From NCBI GenBank assembly GCA_964252035.1, contig OZ176203.1: DNA of 64,000 bases; one strand, 5' to 3'. The notes under the pieces are model-generated. The model searched no databases. It was given only the letters and a program-made list of their open reading frames with translations, and was not told the DNA's origin. The DNA is from Podarcis erhardii. Its lineage: Eukaryota. Both the position numbers and the translations under genes were made by a program. Shown here piece by piece: positions 60,241-64,000 of this stretch (positions are counted from its first letter, which is position 1; every line of letters starts with the position of its first letter).

Positions 60241-61921
60241 CCAAAGAAAGACTGAATTGACAACTTCTGTATGAGGAATTGGGGGGGAGGGAGCACCACA
60301 TTGTCCTTTACCTATGGCAGCAAAATTTCTTGGGATTGTTCAGCAATAAAGTATTGTTGACACCGACAGAGTTTTTTGTACTTTTATTTCTGTTCTGCTG
60401 AAGTACTTTTATTTTCACTTCCGTTCACAGAAGGAAGGTCAGCAAATAGGAGCACCAAATGTACGTTCTACAGCATCGTTGATTGCTTTGTTTAATAAAT
60501 GTCCCAAACTGATTTATAGCTTCGGTTGTTAATGCAAGATGAACACAGGCTTCCTCAGCTGAGCTGAGCTGAGCTGAGCCTATGGTCAGACCCATGTTAG
60601 AGAGGTAAATAAAAAAAGGCCTTGAAGGGTTTTCCTGAGTGCTTGGAATAGATTATATATCAACACAGACGGTAGCTCTTTGACAAATAGTGCCTAAGCC
60701 ATTTTCATGCTAAGGAAAGAAACAACACGTGAGTAAGCAGCAGTGTTTCAAGGCTGGGACTAGACAGATCCCACCTCCACATCTCATGGTGGCGGCATAA
60801 ACACGGAGTAAGAAATGCAGAGGCATACTGTGGAGACTTGTAAGTGAGAAGCAAGCTTACAATAACCGTATTTAAAGCACTATGCAATGTTGTTGCTTTT
60901 AAAAAACAACCAATTATAAGCAGACTAAATGGTCAGCAGTAAAGTCAAGAGCATTTTAGCCTAGTGTTGAAATGCCATCAAGGTGGAAGTCGATTGGATC
61001 TTCCTGAATGAAGGAGTTCCATAGCATAGAAGCTGCTCTATCTCTTCCCTGTTCCCACCTCTAGGGCCAGACAGACCCGGCCTACACATGAGGTGAGGTG
61101 ATCCACAGGGGGACAGCAGGATCCATGGGGGCAGCAGATCCAGCACCCATGACAGCAGCCACAGCTTCTCTTCCAGTTGCCCCCACTTCCGACTGCCCCC
61201 AAGGCAGAGAGAGAGAGAGAGACCAGGGAGCAAAGTCTTGCAAATGCCTCCCATTGGCTAACAATCCATCCCAGGGAAAGGGAGACATTCCTGTCCAGCA
61301 TTGCTTCCTGATTTTGCAATCCGCAAATGCAATCCGCATTTATCACTTCCATTCCTATGCGTGTTTAAACAATGGTGCTTACATACAAGGAAGTGTGACT
61401 GCAACCTTCATTTTCATTTACTGCCTTGCATTGGTCTTCTGCTTCCTCCTTCTGCCCGGCTCATGAATCCCCTTCGCTTGTAAACAAACCTCCTGCATTT
61501 CAGTGGAGTTACTTTCAAGTGCAACATGTTTTTGTCACCCAGATGTGCCGAGTTCACAGCTCCCTGTGCCAGTTGCTGGCTGTCCCCCCACCCCCCAAGA
61601 AAACCATAGTTTTGGGTGTTTTGCACAGGGAGGGGAAAGCCATCTCTGTACAGACTGCCGCTGCTGTCCTAAGCACAGAAAACTAAGGTTGGGGGGTGGC
61701 TGCGGTCAGCATCACCTTCTTTCCCCTTCCTGAACTTTGTATTGAATGAGAGAAGCAATACAGTTTATGCTGTGACCTTTGCTATAAGAAATTGGCATGA
61801 ATCTTCCATGTGTGTATTCTCGGGGCACAATTTTCTAATTCACCTCAGGTGCCAAAATCCCTCAGGCTGGCCCTAAGGGCAGACCAGACGCAGAGGCTTT
61901 CCAAATGCTCTAAGGCATGAC

Positions 61922-62067
61922 CTGTGCTTTTTTTCTTGGGAATGCAGGGGGACGCATACCCCTAAACATTTTGTGAATCCAAGTTTGACCGCATTGAGGG
62001 GCAGTATTTCAATATGTGTAGGAAAATGAGAGTACCCCTAAACATTTTTTAATAGAAAAAAGCACTG
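61922..62067. mobile_element. hAT-like MITE (family of 56024)
   Basis: TIRs ctgtgcttttttt / aaaaaagcactg; 8-bp TSD ggcatgac / ggcaggac. Confidence 0.8.
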
Positions 62068-62527
62068 GGCAGGACCATATGGGAAGGGCCCTGGGACCAA
62101 TGGATGAGGAGGTTCAAAGATACTAATTGGACCATGAAAACCATTAAGTCAGATGCTCAGAAGGCATGCTATAGGCCTACAACTGCAAGCACTAAGCCAA
62201 GTGTGTGTCTTTGCCACACAATTCGCTCCCTCCCTCCCTCATGGCAAAAAAAGCCATTTCCTGAAGTGGGCTATCTAACACCCCCCCTAAGCCTTGGAAA
62301 AGTGGGGTGGGAAATATTATAAAAGGGCACCACAGTCTTTCTAAATCTAACTCTAGTGAAGACTGATCCATTAAGGTGCATGAGGCAAACCCACAAACTG
62401 CAGCCTGCCCTCACCTGTCTGCTTGCTCACCACCAGGCACTGCATGTCAAATTCCTCCTCTTCAGTCTCAGTGTTGCCTTTGTAAAACTTGGCAGGGAGG
62501 AAGATGGATACAAACAAGAATTAGTTG

Positions 62528-62737
62528 AAACAAAACAAATTCCTTCCAGTAGCACCTTAAAGACCAACTAAGTCAGTTCTTGGTATGAGCTTTCGTGTGC
62601 ATGCACACTTCTGCATGCACACTTCTGCATGCACACGAAAGCTCATACCAAGAACTGACTTAGTTGGTCTTTAAGGTGCTACTGGAAGGAATTTGTTTTG
62701 TTTTGACTATGGCAGACCAACACAGCTACCTATCTGT
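62528..62737. mobile_element. Penelope-like pLTR fold-back palindrome folded at hammerhead stem II (catalytic core absent)
   Basis: Inverted arms from 62528 to 62703, centre (tgcatgcacacttc)2 tgcatgcacac, 34-nt tail. TSD aacaagaattagttg at 62513-62527 and 62738-62752. Confidence 0.9.
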
Positions 62738-63218
62738 AACAAGAATTAGTTGGTTCTGCTTGTCATTGGCTCTGGCGCCCCCTACTGTTGAGCTCCTAGC
62801 TTTCTGCCCTACTGGTCTCAAAGGCCACCGTTGTCTAACACTGAACAAATGTGGGATTGGTTTTAAAGGACTAACTGCGAGTGACCCATGTAAAGAGCCC
62901 CCAAATGAGCTTGTAAATGATCTGAGATAATTATAAACTGATGCACTGCTCAGGAAATCTGGGAGCAGGATACTGCTCCTCTGGTGCAAGCAGCTTTTAG
63001 AGAACCTACCAGGACACGACTGAGCAATCTTTGCATACAGTCATACAGAATTTTCACACAGACGAGCCAGTTGTTTTTACTGGAAGTTTGTAGGGAACAA
63101 CTCTTTATATAAACAGTCTTGCATTAAGAAGACTATACCAGACTTCGAAGTGTTCCTTGTTCACAAATGTAACGCTAATGAATGGGAGCTGCCCTCGAGA
63201 AACACACAGTTAGTTATT

Positions 63219-63237
63219 GTACCCCTAGAGGGCGCTA
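63219..63237 (+). promoter_or_regulatory. CTCF-binding motif
   Basis: gtaCCCCTAGAGGGCGCTA matches the consensus CCASYAGRKGGCRSTA at nearly all informative positions. Confidence 0.6.
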
Positions 63238-63436
63238 AAGTAATGCTTGAAATCCATCGCTAGTTATGCTGGGGGGAGAAACTTGGGAAACAAGAGCTCA
63301 AATAATCAATATTGGCACACATCAAATAATAGCCTTGGGAGCCTATGTAATTTTGTGCCGTACTCTTTCTAGGACTGCTTAATTTCTATTCTATACGTCT
63401 TATTTGTTCTCTTATTTCCTGCTAGTGTACCCAGAT

Positions 63437-63440
<4 letters not shown>

Positions 63441-63476
<36 letters not shown>
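63441..63476 (+). repeat. (AC)18 microsatellite
   Basis: Read directly from the sequence. Confidence 0.95.
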
Positions 63477-63478
<2 letters not shown>

Positions 63479-64000
63479 CTCCTGTTTGCTTTAATAGTGT
63501 TTTGGAAGGAGAAATTCAGCAGCTTTTTCTTACTCCTTCAAGACAAGCAGCACCTTCCAGGATTCCTTTATGTAACCAAGAGGTACAGGTGCCCTGTCCT
63601 TTTCTTCATCGGATCTCCCAGTTTCCCCTGTCCTGTTATCTTGGGGATACTGATGTAAATATGCAATATAGAGTTTTGTAAAGAATAAGATTCTCTTCTG
63701 TTCAGCTGCTTGGTCTTGCAAGCGCTGCTGAATATTTGCAAGCATCTGTTTATGGGCTGGTTACTTTAGGAAATCTGAAGTGTGTCTATAATGTGCAGTA
63801 ATTTTAGCAGGAAACAAACTCATAAGGATCAAGGAGTAATATAAGAATTAGGGGTAGGAAAGATTTGTGTCATGGACAAAGAGATTTTTTACAAAATCTA
63901 TCGCTGCACTTAACCTTAACCCTAACTCTGTCCCATTCCTGCTTGAAATTTATTATTAATCTGGAGGACTTAAAACTGAATTCAGCACAAAGGTAGAAAG

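Noticed and set aside
21661-62737. Recurrent short palindromic units as a CRISPR-like array
   Set aside because: This is eukaryotic DNA; the copies are dispersed with TSDs and have no regular repeat-spacer structure or cas genes.

Overview
Vertebrate genomic DNA, most likely a lacertid-type lizard, judged from Sauria SINEs, a Squam3-like SINE and squamate MITE/L2/CR1 families. The + strand carries the last seven coding exons of PTGFRN (CD9P-1/EWI-F): five Ig domains, the TM segment and the cytoplasmic tail. All have GT-AG phase-1 junctions and are followed by a ~3 kb 3' UTR. Introns and the downstream region contain many transposons. The most striking signal is a set of young Penelope-like (Poseidon-type, GIY-YIG) retroelement insertions, each with a 9-15 bp target-site duplication. 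Three are fold-back palindromes: arms of 394 bp and 98 bp around 3-nt loops, and a third folded at the ribozyme stem. The first two carry back-to-back minimal hammerhead ribozyme cores. In all three the inverted arm stops ~27-35 nt short of the element 3' end, and the 3' junctions of all four young copies show microhomology to the target. An older Penelope-family remnant has its ribozyme broken by a 24-bp micro-inversion. Other points are two strong CTCF motifs, a candidate alternative last-exon acceptor that would give a TM-less PTGFRN, and a CpG-enriched patch downstream of the gene. No database searches were run; family names come from recalled consensus sequences.
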